Source: Fistulifera solaris | Lineage: Eukaryota | Assembly: GCA_030295235.1 (NCBI GenBank) | Contig: AP026124.1 | Location: 1,054,001-1,118,000, forward strand | Reading direction: 5' to 3' | DNA length: 64,000 bases | Shown: positions 35,352 through 47,912 of the stretch, piece by piece | How positions within the stretch are numbered: position 1 is the first letter of the stretch | How the letters are laid out: the number at the start of each line of letters is the position of its first letter | Made by a program: the position numbers and the translations under genes | The notes under the pieces: model-generated | What the model was told of the DNA's origin: nothing | The model's database searches: none | Seen by the model: the letters and a program-made list of their open reading frames with translations, nothing else

Positions 35352-38063
35352 TTACTTGACACGCTTAATAAATCGTCCCTGGTTTCGATCCATCAAATCC
35401 CCTCGACTTGTCATAACGGACATAGCTCGAGTTACTAACACAGCATTGTATCCCTGGCCAGCTGCCTCTTCCACCAGTCTTTGCTTATTGACTGTACTTC
35501 CGATAGTTAGTCGACTTCTCAAAAAAGATTCAGTTCGCTCCATCTCAGCTCTATTCGGGGCCGCTACAGACGCAAATGAAACATCGGATCGTTGTTGATC
35601 AGCCTGATTGGCTGCCATGGTGCTGACCTTGAAGATACGCAATGCTTCGTTGACATCTTCTGGTTGAACATCAAAATCCAGCCGCATCTTGGCCAAACTT
35701 TCGGACAGGCGCACCAAGGCCTCCAGCTGTCGGACGGTAATGGGAATGGTTGCTTGACTAGCCTCACCAGCAACCCCACTGAGCTGAATCGATTGCTTTC
35801 TTACATCATCGCGAATTTTCACGTAGGAACTGGATAGGACCTCTCCCGCTTCTTCCGATAGACGTGGAGAGCATTTTGACTTGCAATACTGCACGTATTT
35901 TTTCATTGCCGCGATGGAAAGTTCGCCTTCCCCCGTAGTCGCCACTCTCGTTACATTTTCAGTGATCGCCTCAGGTGATTCGGCATTGTCGCTGAGAACA
36001 AGACAAGAAAGATAAACTGAGACAGCCACAAACAATGACTTCAAACATATTTGGAGTTCTTACCCGTCGTCGCGAACGCGGTCACTGCTGATGTCACCCA
36101 CAGCCGCTGCAGTGTAGGAGAATCCAGAATCAATGCTATCTGCCCCGGCACGGAAACGGGCTTCAACGTTAGCCGAACCAGAGGAGTTAATATGGACACC
36201 CATGACATGCTGACAAATCATACGATCACGTTCTTCTTCGCGGACATCACGAACCAAAAAGATGACATCAAATCGGCTCAAAATGGTTGTCATCAAATCA
36301 ATATTCTCTGACGCGCTCTTAAAATCATCATAGCGCCCAAATACTGGATTTGCTGCTGCAAGGACCGACGATCGTGAATTGAGAACAGTTGTGATGCCCG
36401 CTTTTGCCACACTGATTGTTTGTTGTTCCATGGCTTCGTGAATAGCCACTCTATCAGCGGGTCTCATCTTGTCAAACTCATCAATACATACAATACCTCC
36501 GTCGGCTAAAACCATAGCACCGCCTTCAAGATAGAATTCACCTTTTGCGTTCCGAACAACTGATGCAGTGAGACCTGCTGCAGAGGAACCTTTCCCTGAT
36601 GTATAGATGCCAATGGGAGCAACTTTCGAAATGAATTTTAGAAATTGGGACTTAGCCATGGAGGGATCACCAAGTAGCAACACATTGATATCACCTCTGA
36701 GACGGACGCCATCCGGTAAACGCTTTTGGCTCCCAGAGAAAAGCTGGCAAGTGAGGGCTTTCTTGATGTCAACCGTGTAACTTCCAGAGATAGTCGGTGC
36801 AATTGACCGAGACAAAATATCGTAGACATCCGTTCGGCGCGCCAGCATTCGAAAAGCTTCTTCCTCCGAGGGCGTGAACGTTACTGCTTGACCGTGCGCA
36901 TCATTATCTCGAGTCATACCGACGACTCGCAGGTATACGGACTTTGTGACCAAGCCACTCCTGTGACTTGCCGCCGATGTAAACATGGTGGGAATACAAA
37001 AGACAGAAACTCGAGTGCCAGGAGGTGCAACATCTACGAGCGATCGTTCTACAACCATAAGAACGGAACGCGGCATCTCACCGGTGGGAACTCGTTCGGG
37101 AGCTTCCTGAAGCTTGAGTGTTTGTTGATCTACAAAATGCGAGTCATCGGGGACGACAGCGTAAGGGAAACGCGGGCATTCTCGTTCTTGAGTACTTCCC
37201 GGGCATTTGGGAGGCAAAATAACACTGCCAAAGGGTCCATCGGTCGCGAAGACAGTACGTTCCTGGTCGCAAGAAGAGCATCGCAACTTCAATCGCACCG
37301 CACGGTTTTTAACTGGGGACGTACTGATGACGATACCTGGGCATTTAATCAACATATTCATGTGCTCACTGTTAATAGAACGGAGATTGGTGCTTTTCAA
37401 ATTGCCTTTCAGCAAAATTTGAATTGAAATACCTGCTAGAGACTCCTCCGCTATATTCGACGGTAGAAGGTTGTCAATGTTCTCAGGATTGGCAGTGTCT
37501 TGTACCACTTCCATATTTTGTGTAGCGTTCTCCGCAGTAGCTTGACGAACATCATAAAGAATAGTTTTGAGTGCATCCGCAGCGCCCACCTCCAAAGCGG
37601 GAAGCAATAATGCCGGTTGGCTGATGAGAAACCCTAGGAGAGATGCGTCGTACTCGCCAACGTGAGAAATATCTATCTCAAGCTTTGCTTTGTTCGCGTT
37701 TTGAGCAGCAGTTGCTACGCTTCTGGCATTCATAACCTCTTCATCGTTGCCGGTACTGTCGTTCACCATCGTACAACGCCGATGCATTCTCATGAGCTTT
37801 TCTCGATAGAGAAAACGGTTGCCAAGGCGGTAATTACCTATTGAATAGATATGGTGAGAATAATTGGCTAGAGATAAAGTGCTAAGATGTAGAATTACAA
37901 ATTACTTACGAAGAAACTCGCGAAAGTGACGGCGAACGGCCCTGATATCGACATCACTCTCGTCGTTACTAACATTCCGTGCCTGCTCGCCTTGACCGAC
38001 ATCTTCCGTCCGCGTCTGAAGCTGCTGATGAGAGAAATACAAACGACTCTCGTCAAAATCCAT
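35352..38063 (-). CDS. MCM5: DNA replication licensing factor MCM5
   Basis: KRLPDGVRLRGDINVLLLGDP, IDEFDKM, ILSRFD, IPITVRQLEA. Introns 37838-37909 and 35992-36063. Confidence 0.93.
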
Positions 38064-38506
38064 CTGTCAATTTTAAGAACGAAACTTTTTTAATGCTTCG
38101 AATAATGAATCATACAAATACTTGAAATGGCTTTGGTGTGGGGACTTTTCGTCTGATTGCGATTGAGCATTGGAAAAAGGCGTTTGTCTGCGGCTATTGG
38201 CGGGAGGTACATGTGCAGAACGTCCTATCTTATCCGTTCAAATAGTTGTTAAATACAAAATGAGATTTAAAAACGTTGACTTAGCATTTTCTCCCCCCAG
38301 GCTACACTTGTTGTCATAGTCCCGACGCTGGTGAAAGTCAAACTTTTATGGGGACGAAATCGAATACGTATATCCATTGAAATCTATTGCTACTTCATCC
38401 ATATCACAACATATTGAACAGTTGATATGAATACGTTTCGAAGCCCCCTCGAGTTATAAAGGCACAGCGGCTCAGTTCATTCAACCTTGTAAAAAAATTC
38501 AATCCA

Positions 38507-39795
38507 TTACTGTTCACTCCCACGAACGGCAGCTGCCAACCTGTCTCTAAAAAAGGAAGCGGTAGACATCTCCTTCGTTATGGTATGCGTGACAGCGGCC
38601 AAGTTCTTCCAGTGATCGCGATAAGTTCTTTTCATAGCTTTGCCAACAAATGTGACGCGGTGTGCGTCGGCCCGTCGAAGATCGCCAAGAGGTTCCGGTG
38701 GCGAATAGATGAGATCCTGGATCGACTGATCGACCACAGCTGCACTATAGTTGGCTCCGTCTTCGAGTGCGCGCAACTCTGCTTCGTATTCACTTCGTTT
38801 TCGGATCTTTTGCAACTGCTCCGCGTGAAGTGTCTCACCCGCCAACACTCTTTTCTGGAGCTCATCACAACTGTGAATACGAGCCAACAGTTTTTTACGC
38901 AACTTTTTCCAGAACAAGTCAAGATACGTTGCCGCGCTAGTTTTGGGAACCAGATTTTACGAAGACCGACGCGATCTTCTTCCGACATCTTGCCAATAAC
39001 GGATGGATCCAGTATGAAGAGTTGATGGATGACAAGTGCCGTTGCCACAGAAAGATTGAGCGAGTCAGCATATCCCCTCAAAGGCAAGTAGACACGAAGA
39101 TCAGCATTATCCAGCATTTCTTGCGACACTCCAACACTCTCCGTGCCCATCACAATGGCTATTTTTGAAGGGAAAGGCCAATTACCGGAATCATCCAGAC
39201 CTTGCTTCGTCAATGGCACTGCTTTTTGACTAAGGTCGGTGACCCAAACCTGATGACCGGTTTCTCTGCAATGCGCCAGACACTCGGCTGTTGTTTTGAA
39301 GTCTTTAATCGTTAACCATTCGGTAGCATTTTGAGCAAACAGACGGTGCTGTTTTCGCTGCTCAATTTCTTCCGCAGATAGCTTTACGGTGATCTGTCTT
39401 GGCTGTCCGTTTTTGTTGCAGTCTTCCAACACGCCAGCTCCATCCGTCATAGCAGGAGGATCTATCAACCATACATTTTGTATACCGAGAGCTTCCGCAG
39501 TTCGTAGGATTGCTGAGTAATTGTGATCGTTCGTACATCGTTCGACCACCACTGTGATACAACTCGTTCGAAGTCGAATGACAGCTTCTGCTTTTCGAAT
39601 GAGGCGAAGATCTAAATCAGGAGTGTCCATAATGACATCTTCTTTCGGAGAAAAGGTCCTCGAGCGCTCCAATCTCCTTAGGATACTTCTTCCTTTCACC
39701 CATCGGATCAGAGCTGGGGCCAGCACGGTAACGGAAAGACCGGCTCCAATTCCGAACCAAAAGCTTTTCATATGTGTTGTTTTATCGGTCGTCAT
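38507..39795 (-). CDS. SpoU/TrmH family RNA 2'-O-methyltransferase
   Basis: HNYSAILRTAEALG, IVMGTESVGVS, DSLNLSVA. Frameshift at 38904-38908. Confidence 0.85.
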
Positions 39796-40267
39796 GCGTG
39801 TCACTGTTTCTACTCTTGATATGATTATATATTACTCCGTTTCAAATAGAAATGAATCATCGACGAGAAAATTCCCGACCCGAAATCGGATTGTGTTTTT
39901 CGTGGTGTAGCGCACACTTCGATATCTGTCCCGCGTCGAACAGTCACGAGCTAACATACGTAAAACATGATGAAATCCTAAAAGGTCCACTCCGCCAACT
40001 TTGTTCATACTAATAATATATTTCCAATCATGATGAAACGTGTGATTTGGACATGCATCATGCATCGGTTAAACAGAGTAGAGCACAGGAGTCCATATTT
40101 CATGCTTTGCGGTACAAGGTGACAGAATAAAATTCCCATGCAAGACATAGAGAGGTGCCTTAAAAACGTTTCGATTTGCAAGCTTAGTGAATATACCCGA
40201 TGATCGAAGATGATTATCTAGTTTTTTAACGGAAAGAAAAGAACAAGGTGCCAGCGAACTCATGACG

Positions 40268-41344
40268 CTACACCACATCAGGCCATTCGATCGGAAGCTC
40301 ACTTGGATCGTCAAAGCAACTTCCGAGTTCATGGTCTTTTTCACCCCACATGACACGCTTGGCCAGTACTTGCACCCCCGCTTGTTCGGCCTGGCGCAAA
40401 TATTTAGCAAACGAGGGGCAGGAATGGGCATTGGGACGAAAGACTTCCGCATCTCCACGCACGACCACAAAGAGAACGGTAGCCTTGTACTGGCGCTCTT
40501 CGACCAGCCGCGTCAATTCGCGAACATGATTAATAGCTCGAGCTGACACAACAGCTTCTCCATCCGGTCCTTTCTGTTTCGAATTGCCCCAGGGGAATAT
40601 TGCTGTGCGGCGGTAAGGGACACGGGATGAAAGGAAACGGCATTTCATAGTGTCCGGAGGCGGCGCCTCCACGTAGTAGTCTGTGTCAACTACTTGTTTT
40701 ACCTCAACCAACCGTTTGCTACCATCTTTGTGCGTAATCTCAAAATCACTCCGCATGTTTCCGATGGTAACTTGTCGCTTTACCGATTCGACAGGGCCCA
40801 AAACATTATTTCGAATCCAACACTCAGCAATTCTTTCTCCTAAATTCGGGTGTGCTCCGACCCATGTTGGCGGATACAACTTGGGGTGCAAATTGGATTC
40901 GTCGACCAGGAGAAGTTGAGTATGGAACTCGCACTTGGGAGTGCCATATTTTGGGCTGACAGCATCCGCACCAATCTTGTTCCCTTTCTTATCAGTAGCC
41001 GCTTTGACGAGTAAAATAGATCCAGAAATACATTTTCCACCCATGTCTAAATTTGGAACATGCGCGATTGCTTCTCGGCCAGAGTCGATTAGTGCGATGT
41101 CAGCCACATACGGACTGCGATTCCGTTTTGAAGGTCTCGCAACCATTTTCGCTAGAACCAGTTCATCGTCTTCATTGTACAGCGAAAATAGCTCTTTTCT
41201 TTCCGTATCAGGGTTTTCTCCGGCGAATAGTTTCTTGGCGGCCAGCGGTCGACCGGCAGCCGATGTCAAGGATCGTCTTTTCCGTGGAGGGAGGCTACGG
41301 AGATCAGCGCTCGAAGTTCGGTGTGAACGACGAGTAGCAACCAT
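40268..41344 (-). CDS. sfsA: SfsA-like (sugar fermentation stimulation / PD-(D/E)xK) protein
   Basis: AHVPN, RSDF, LVEVK, FP, RAINHVREL, LFVVVR.D...FRP, AGVQVLA. The start may lie further upstream. Confidence 0.75.
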   Translation of the reverse strand: MVATRRSHRTSSADLRSLPPRKRRSLTSAAGRPLAAKKLFAGENPDTERKELFSLYNEDDELVLAKMVARPSKRNRSPYVADIALIDSGREAIAHVPNLDMGGKCISGSILLVKAATDKKGNKIGADAVSPKYGTPKCEFHTQLLLVDESNLHPKLYPPTWVGAHPNLGERIAECWIRNNVLGPVESVKRQVTIGNMRSDFEITHKDGSKRLVEVKQVVDTDYYVEAPPPDTMKCRFLSSRVPYRRTAIFPWGNSKQKGPDGEAVVSARAINHVRELTRLVEERQYKATVLFVVVRGDAEVFRPNAHSCPSFAKYLRQAEQAGVQVLAKRVMWGEKDHELGSCFDDPSELPIEWPDVV

Positions 41345-41997
41345 TGCAATACAAAATGAAGATGACCTGGCGCTGGAGTAAAGCATGCAACAAGTGGAGA
41401 GAATGTTCACACCCCACTGAATGATAAATCTTCCACGCCGAACCATGTCAGAAAAATGAGGTGGATTGCCAAAGGAGAAATTACCATTATTTGCAGACAG
41501 AAACACTCGTGGGCTCGTGGGTGTGGTTGTGGTGAGTATTCAATCGCGGTAAATGAACAGTCACGAATTGTCATAAAACTAAACATTACGTCACCGTTTC
41601 CTTTTTAGGGCTCATTTCTTACGTTTTGACCCAAAGTACACTAGAAGCGACAGTACTTCAAGTTCCGGAAGACATTCGTTGACGTGTCTTTGACAAAGTT
41701 GCGAGAAGTGTCTGTGGTCCATTATGTACAACCAGTGAACTATTTATTCCAGGTTGCTTTTTCATCACTATCTCCATTATGTACGAATTGAATACCGGAA
41801 ATGACCGTTTAATACTCGGCACGATGGTGCTTCCGATGTGTTCTGGGAAGTTTGCAAATTTCTTCCCAACCTGCGGCGTTCGAATTCCACTCGCTGTGCA
41901 CTTCTGCGTCTCCCCAAGAGGTCTCCCTTTCTTGACCAAAGCAGCAATAAAACGTATCTTATCCTCCCATTGTTGTTGCAAAATTGGGTTCATTTGT

Positions 41998-42903
41998 ATG
42001 AAAATGACCGTTGCTACTACTGAAGAAGCAAGGGGAGGTCTTGATATCGTGAAAACCTCCCTTTATTCGTCTCAATCATTGCAGCTGACCTTTAAAAAGC
42101 TCGAACCCATCGACTCCGAGTTGATGAGGGCCCATAGCGATGCGAACATCACGCTAGCCACGGCGGCTACCGAGGATGAAATATCTGAATCTTCCGTCGA
42201 TTTGAAATGTAAACTCATAACCGACGAACAAGGACAAAGTGAACGGGCTCTCGACGTCGGCGGAGACGAGTCGTTGGACGATGAAGGAAGCAATGGAGAA
42301 GACTTGCAAGTGCTCGTTCAATCTACAATGGCTCTATCTTTGTGCTCAAAACAAAAAAGGCCATCTATCAAAGAATACGACGCCGCATCCATTCCGATCA
42401 AAGACAAGCCCAATGCGTGGAGACAATTACCAAAACCCGACCTTGGCTTTATCCGTACCATGTCAGCGCCAGAATCAACATTGGATAGGCCCTCACGGGA
42501 CAATCTAAAACTCCCTCGAAAAGTTCGGTTTCACGAGATTCAATTTCGTGAATACGAGCAGACAATAGGCGATAATCCTTGTGTTTCGTACGGGCCCCCA
42601 TCTCGCTTGACTGGAACTATGAAGAATGCGGAAGTATTGACGTTGAGGAGTACGAAGCAAACAGAGGAAGGAGACGGGGTATGCGAGAAATGATCATGAA
42701 CTATTATGTCCGAACCAATTTGTTGACATTCAAGTACGGAGCGACCGAGAAGGAGCTGAAAGCAGCCTCGAAGGCTGCCAATAGAGAGAAAAAGGTCGAG
42801 AGCCATTACTAAAGCACTGCTTCCATATCAGCTGGTAGAAGATCTTGCGCAGTCAGCAGTAAGAAAGACGAAACGACTAGCAGGTGGCAAGCGACAGTGC
42901 TAA
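41998..42903 (+). CDS. Diatom-type hypothetical protein (REYE.TIGDNP...GPPISLDW domain)
   Basis: VRFHEIQFREYEQTIGDNPCVSYGP joins PISLDWNY across C-run 42595-42599. Second shift near 42790. Confidence 0.7.
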
Positions 42904-43059
42904 ACAGTGATTTTGTTCGCATCATGAATGCGTTTTTCATTCTATCAATTTTCAATAAAATTTTATATCAGCTGATTTTTAAATATTTGTTATAGAACCC
43001 AAGGGTATGAACTTCAATAAAACCACATCTCGAACCAAAAGTATGCGCTTCGCTTTTGC

Positions 43060-44493
43060 TTAGACAACCTCATTGAAGTAGTGGACGGGGTGAATGTCGT
43101 CGTCAATCAAAAAATCGCCGATACCTTCATCGTCTGCATTGTAACTCGACTGCAAAGGAAAAGGAAGTTCGGTATTAGTTATCGTCTGACCCCAGCCATC
43201 AAGTATCTGTAGTAGTTCATCTTGATCATCAATTGAGGCGACAACGATACTTTCGAGAAGCGCTTGCTTGAGTCGCTGGAGCCTATTTGAAAAATCGCTT
43301 TTCAGCGATTCAATGTCGGTTTGATCCATTCCGTCGCCACTGGCCGAAGAGTCCTTGCTAGAATGATTGACAATATCCATCAGTGGATCTTCCCAGCTGC
43401 AATCAAGATCTTGCCACGAAGCGCTTAGATCCAATGAGAGGTTATCCGAAAAAGAATCACAGATGGCCGTATTGCTGTTGCTTCCCTTCGACTGGCAACG
43501 GCCTACTTGAGTGTGAGTGAAGCTTAACAACTCAATGGGACGCTTGTTGTGAATCGGTTCCGACTTGATCCAACAATCCTCAACATGTCGCTGTGGTGTA
43601 TGCTTCATAGCAGCGCTTCCGTTCGGAGTGACATAGTTCGTTCCAGGGAACGGGTGCATCTGAGAAGGAGGCGCATTACGTTCAAAACTTAGCACGGAAT
43701 AGAAAGCAGATGAAGCCACGGCTCGTGGAGATGTATCAAAGAAAGCAGGAGCAACAGGATGCACATAGTGGTGTCGAGTATCATGTTCCTTAGTGCGCGA
43801 AGAGGCTGATGACGGAAGACGGAGCACTTTCTGGCGTTTTGAAGCTTGAATTTCCACGGGTGCGTTGCTAGACTTGGCAGGTCCGCCATCCGAAGCGGAG
43901 ATTTTGTTAGTAGCTCGTTTTGCTGAGTAATAAACATGAAGAAGACGATACTCGACGTCTTCTTTACCGTCAGCTGCGTACATTGTCCACAAGGCTCCTC
44001 CCTTTTGTTTACTGTAATCGGCACGGCCTTTGGGATAACAGTATCGTTGCTGAATAGCGGTAGGTTGCGGAAACTGAGGCCCAGAAAGGGACCAAGGGCA
44101 AACTTCTGGAAGATCATCTTCCATCACCAAGTGACGAAGATGGCGTGGGACTTTAGGTTGATCATCAGCCCCCTGCTTTCTTTTCTTTGCAGGTCGAAGC
44201 AAAACGTAAAGGCCATCTGTCAGGAGGAAAACACAAGTGATTTGTGAGATGCATGTTTAAGTTTAAATTGAAAGTACGATCGTTGCCTAACCTTCAAACT
44301 CAAATGCAGGAGGCGACAGCTTCAAGCCCGTAGGTCCGACGGGCACAATCTGGAATCGCAGGTGATTCGGAGGAGCTGTACCATGATGAAGTGATACAAA
44401 AATAGATCTCACATCAGCGTCCGACAAGCGACGCATGGGAACTGAGTTTTGGTTCATCAAGGAATCGGTTGTACGATCATCATTATGGCTCAT
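43060..44493 (-). CDS. Hypothetical nuclear protein, possible transcription factor
   Basis: Intron 44217-44291. NLS-like PAKKRK, compact N-terminal domain, low-complexity middle and acidic C-terminus. Confidence 0.65.
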
Positions 44494-45150
44494 CGGAGAT
44501 ATCAAGAAAAATGAACGTTAGCTGGTTCGTCTCAGCGATTTATGAGAGAACTTCATCAGATCTGGAGTCTAGGACTCCCGTATGGTCCTTGACTAGTCTT
44601 TGATGGCAATGAACCTGATCTTGCCTGCTATTAGCTATCAACGTCGAAATCTATCACAAAAAGTGCGTTTGGTTGGAAAGTCGAAACCCATCAAACAAAA
44701 AATGAATAGAGACAAACGTTAAATCCTTAAATCAGTGCACTTCACATTCTATAGTCCAAACTGCATCTACAGCTAGATGTCTGTTGAGATAACGTTGAAA
44801 GTCGTAACGAGTTTAAAGTTTTAATCATTTTTTCCTGGTGGTATTCAGGCTTAGTCATGCCGACTACATTATATCGTATATCTGCGGCTGGTGGGAATTG
44901 TCGTTGGAGATTTGAAAACTGCCATCGACAAAAAACACCCGAGGAAGGAGCACACATGACAAAAACCGCAAGTTGCTAAGTCAAGCTATCAATACGAAAC
45001 ATATCGATAAACAAAAGTTACTTGAAACTTACCGATACTTTAAACGTTTCTTGAAGTGCTGCATGATTACTGTCTGAAAAAACGAAGCAGAATGGCGTCA
45101 CGAGCGGCGAATTTAGGAGTGGTGCGCCTCCCCGAAAACCTCCGCAAAAG

Positions 45151-47531
45151 ATGAATTCTCCCGATCCGCTCTTCTCTCCTAGCGTGACGAGAGGGGCAAA
45201 TGATTTGCACTGCATGTTCTCACCCGAAGACGTTCCCTCTGACGAAAGAAACGAACTGCAGTCGATTAACGAGAAATACGTATTTAATACCGACACTATA
45301 CTTTCTCCGGAAAAGCCTGCGAAACATACACGAGTTGACAGTCGTTTGCCCACCAGCAACAATATCAGCTCGCCTGAAGATCATATCAAGAGGGCTCAGA
45401 TGAAAAGTCCGGATTCCATCGTCTCCCAGAGTACGATCGAGTCCTTCAAAACGGCGGCCAGCATCGACATGCTCAGTTTACCCTTCATTGAACGTTGCAC
45501 CTCGGAAGAGAAGTTGGAGCAGATAGTGCGTCATTTGAAAGAAGACAGTAATTATCCGTCACTATTGTGTAGTGCTGAGCAGCGGCTGGCAATTATCCGC
45601 GGAAAGTCGAATCAACCGGATCAATTCCGTTCGTCGTCAGATTGGCGCGGGCATGTCGAAAAATTCATGATGAAGGAGAAATCGGGCGCCGATCAGGAAA
45701 TCTCATTACAAATGTCATTGTCGACAGATTATGATGAGGACTCAATGTCTCCGATCAATCAAATTTTTGTGTCGAAGCCTCTAGTTTCAGCTAACATGTT
45801 GGAATATAAAGCCAAAGACGAAGTGCAACACCTAGAGGAGATGATTAAGAAGCTTGAAATTCGGTACGCCCGAGAATGCAAGCTCAATGAGTCAACGATT
45901 CTGACGTTGAATAACGCTATCCAAGCGACTGAGCAGAAATCGCAGCGCTTACAGAACGAAGTAAACGCCATCAAGAATGAGAACGTGGAGCTCTGTAGGC
46001 TGATTAAAGAGAAGTCAGAGGAGGTTAACAAAGTCCAAACGATTCTTTCTGGATCGGAAAGTGTGAAACACGAACTTCTGTCACAAATCAATCAGCTGAA
46101 AACACAGCTTGCCGAAGCGGAAAAAAAGGCGCTCGACCGCACTTATCCCAGAAAGATTCACTCTCTCGAAAAACTTTTGCAATCCGCTCAAGAAAGCATT
46201 AAAGAAGTTCAACTTGAACGAGATTCGATGCTCAAGGGCATCTTTGAGATGCAGGGTAAAGATATCCCCTCGAAGGTAAGCCGTATCACATTTCCTTGCT
46301 CTCTTTGCAGCGTCGCTGACTCACTTCGGTGGTAGTTATCAAAGAATGATAGACAGCAAATCATATCTGGTTTTCGCGCGGAATCGAATTTTTTTAAGGT
46401 AGCACTTGAGAAGACAATGGTATCCTTAGCTCATGCGGAACAGAATGCGAGCAGTGAGAGACATAGGGCTAAAATGGTAAGCTTCACTTTGGCAGGCAGC
46501 GAGCAGATTGAGTATTGTTACTTACATATCCTGTGTCTTCTGAAAAGATCAAACAAAAGTACGAGCGACAGCTGAAAGAAGCGTCCGCCAAAATATCAGA
46601 GTTGGAAGAAGAGGTCGCCGCATTTGTTCTAAAAATGGAGAAACTGGAAATGAGTTTAAAGGATAGCCAACAACGGAGGTTGAAGGAAAAGAGCGAATGG
46701 GAGGCACGTGAAAATCGCTACAAAGAAAAGGTTCGTGAACTCAATCAACAACCGAATGGCGTTCCCATGAGTCTTTTTAAGATTATCAAGGACGAGTCAG
46801 AAGCCCGTAAGCTAGAAATTCAAAGACTCAGAAAGAAATCAACAGAGTTGGAAAGCACCCTCTTGCAATGGGACATTCAAGCAAAGGCCAGTATGGCGCA
46901 AGTACGATCTCAGATGAATCCACTGCCGGTATCTCAAGGCAAGATGAGTATGCTTCAATCTAATCCTCAACAAAAGACAAATGCGAACGACAACATGCTT
47001 GAAAGTTCCAATCAGCCTAGCGTTCCAGCTACCGCTTTCACGAAAAATTTGGCGATCCAAACGCATTCTCCGCGACAGGTGAGGCATCCACAACCCATGA
47101 AGGATGCGGTGGCAACAAAAGTTTCTAAAAGACCTGACAGTGGACGTGTTAATGTTGTATTTTCTGGCACTCAACTTACGCCACATGGCAGCAAAAAGAT
47201 TCACGTTGCAACGATCCCAGTTCGAGGAGAACCAGTGTCCGAAGGTGAAGGAAAAGCACCACAAGATCGTCCGGTCTCCATGGGTAGCCAGGCAGCATTG
47301 AAGGTGGATACAACCAATCGCCTTAGTTCTGTTCGCTCGGACAAAGAGAACCAAGGGAACAAAGTGAGCTTCTCGTTTCCTACTCCTTGCGAGAAAGGGC
47401 AGACAGGACACCAAATACGTCTGAAGATGGTTAGGGAAGCAGGTGGTCGAAAGGGTCTTCTAGAGAAGCTAGAGAAGATGCGATCTCCGCGATCTTCGAT
47501 GTTTTCAATGGATGAGAAAGCGACACAATAA
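45151..47531 (+). CDS. Large coiled-coil protein (3 exons)
   Basis: Heptad-rich ORFs joined in frame by introns 46276-46335 and 46477-46547. Confidence 0.7.
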
Positions 47532-47912
47532 GATGCTTATGGGACAACGTATCAGTAGCGTGGAGCGATTCCCTTATTCGTAATGAATGCAATGTCGTAC
47601 AAGGTAAATAAATAATAAGATTGATGAACCTCTCGAGTTATGGCTAGCTACGACGGCGTGACGTCACGAACTACGCGTTCATAGCAAATAACTGTTTATC
47701 CTCGTACCGGTACAATCCTACTTGAAGTTTATACTCTGGCGTCCGCCCGTTTTTGCTGGCAAACAAACTGACACATGTCGATTTTCTGCAAAGATTTTCT
47801 TTTGTTCTTTTTCGTGGTTGTTACGGAATAAGCGGGTTCGGAAAAGCAGGTCTTTTGCATTACATTCGAACAGTGATCGAAGGTAAACCTGTAGTCATTC
47901 CTTTACTTCATC

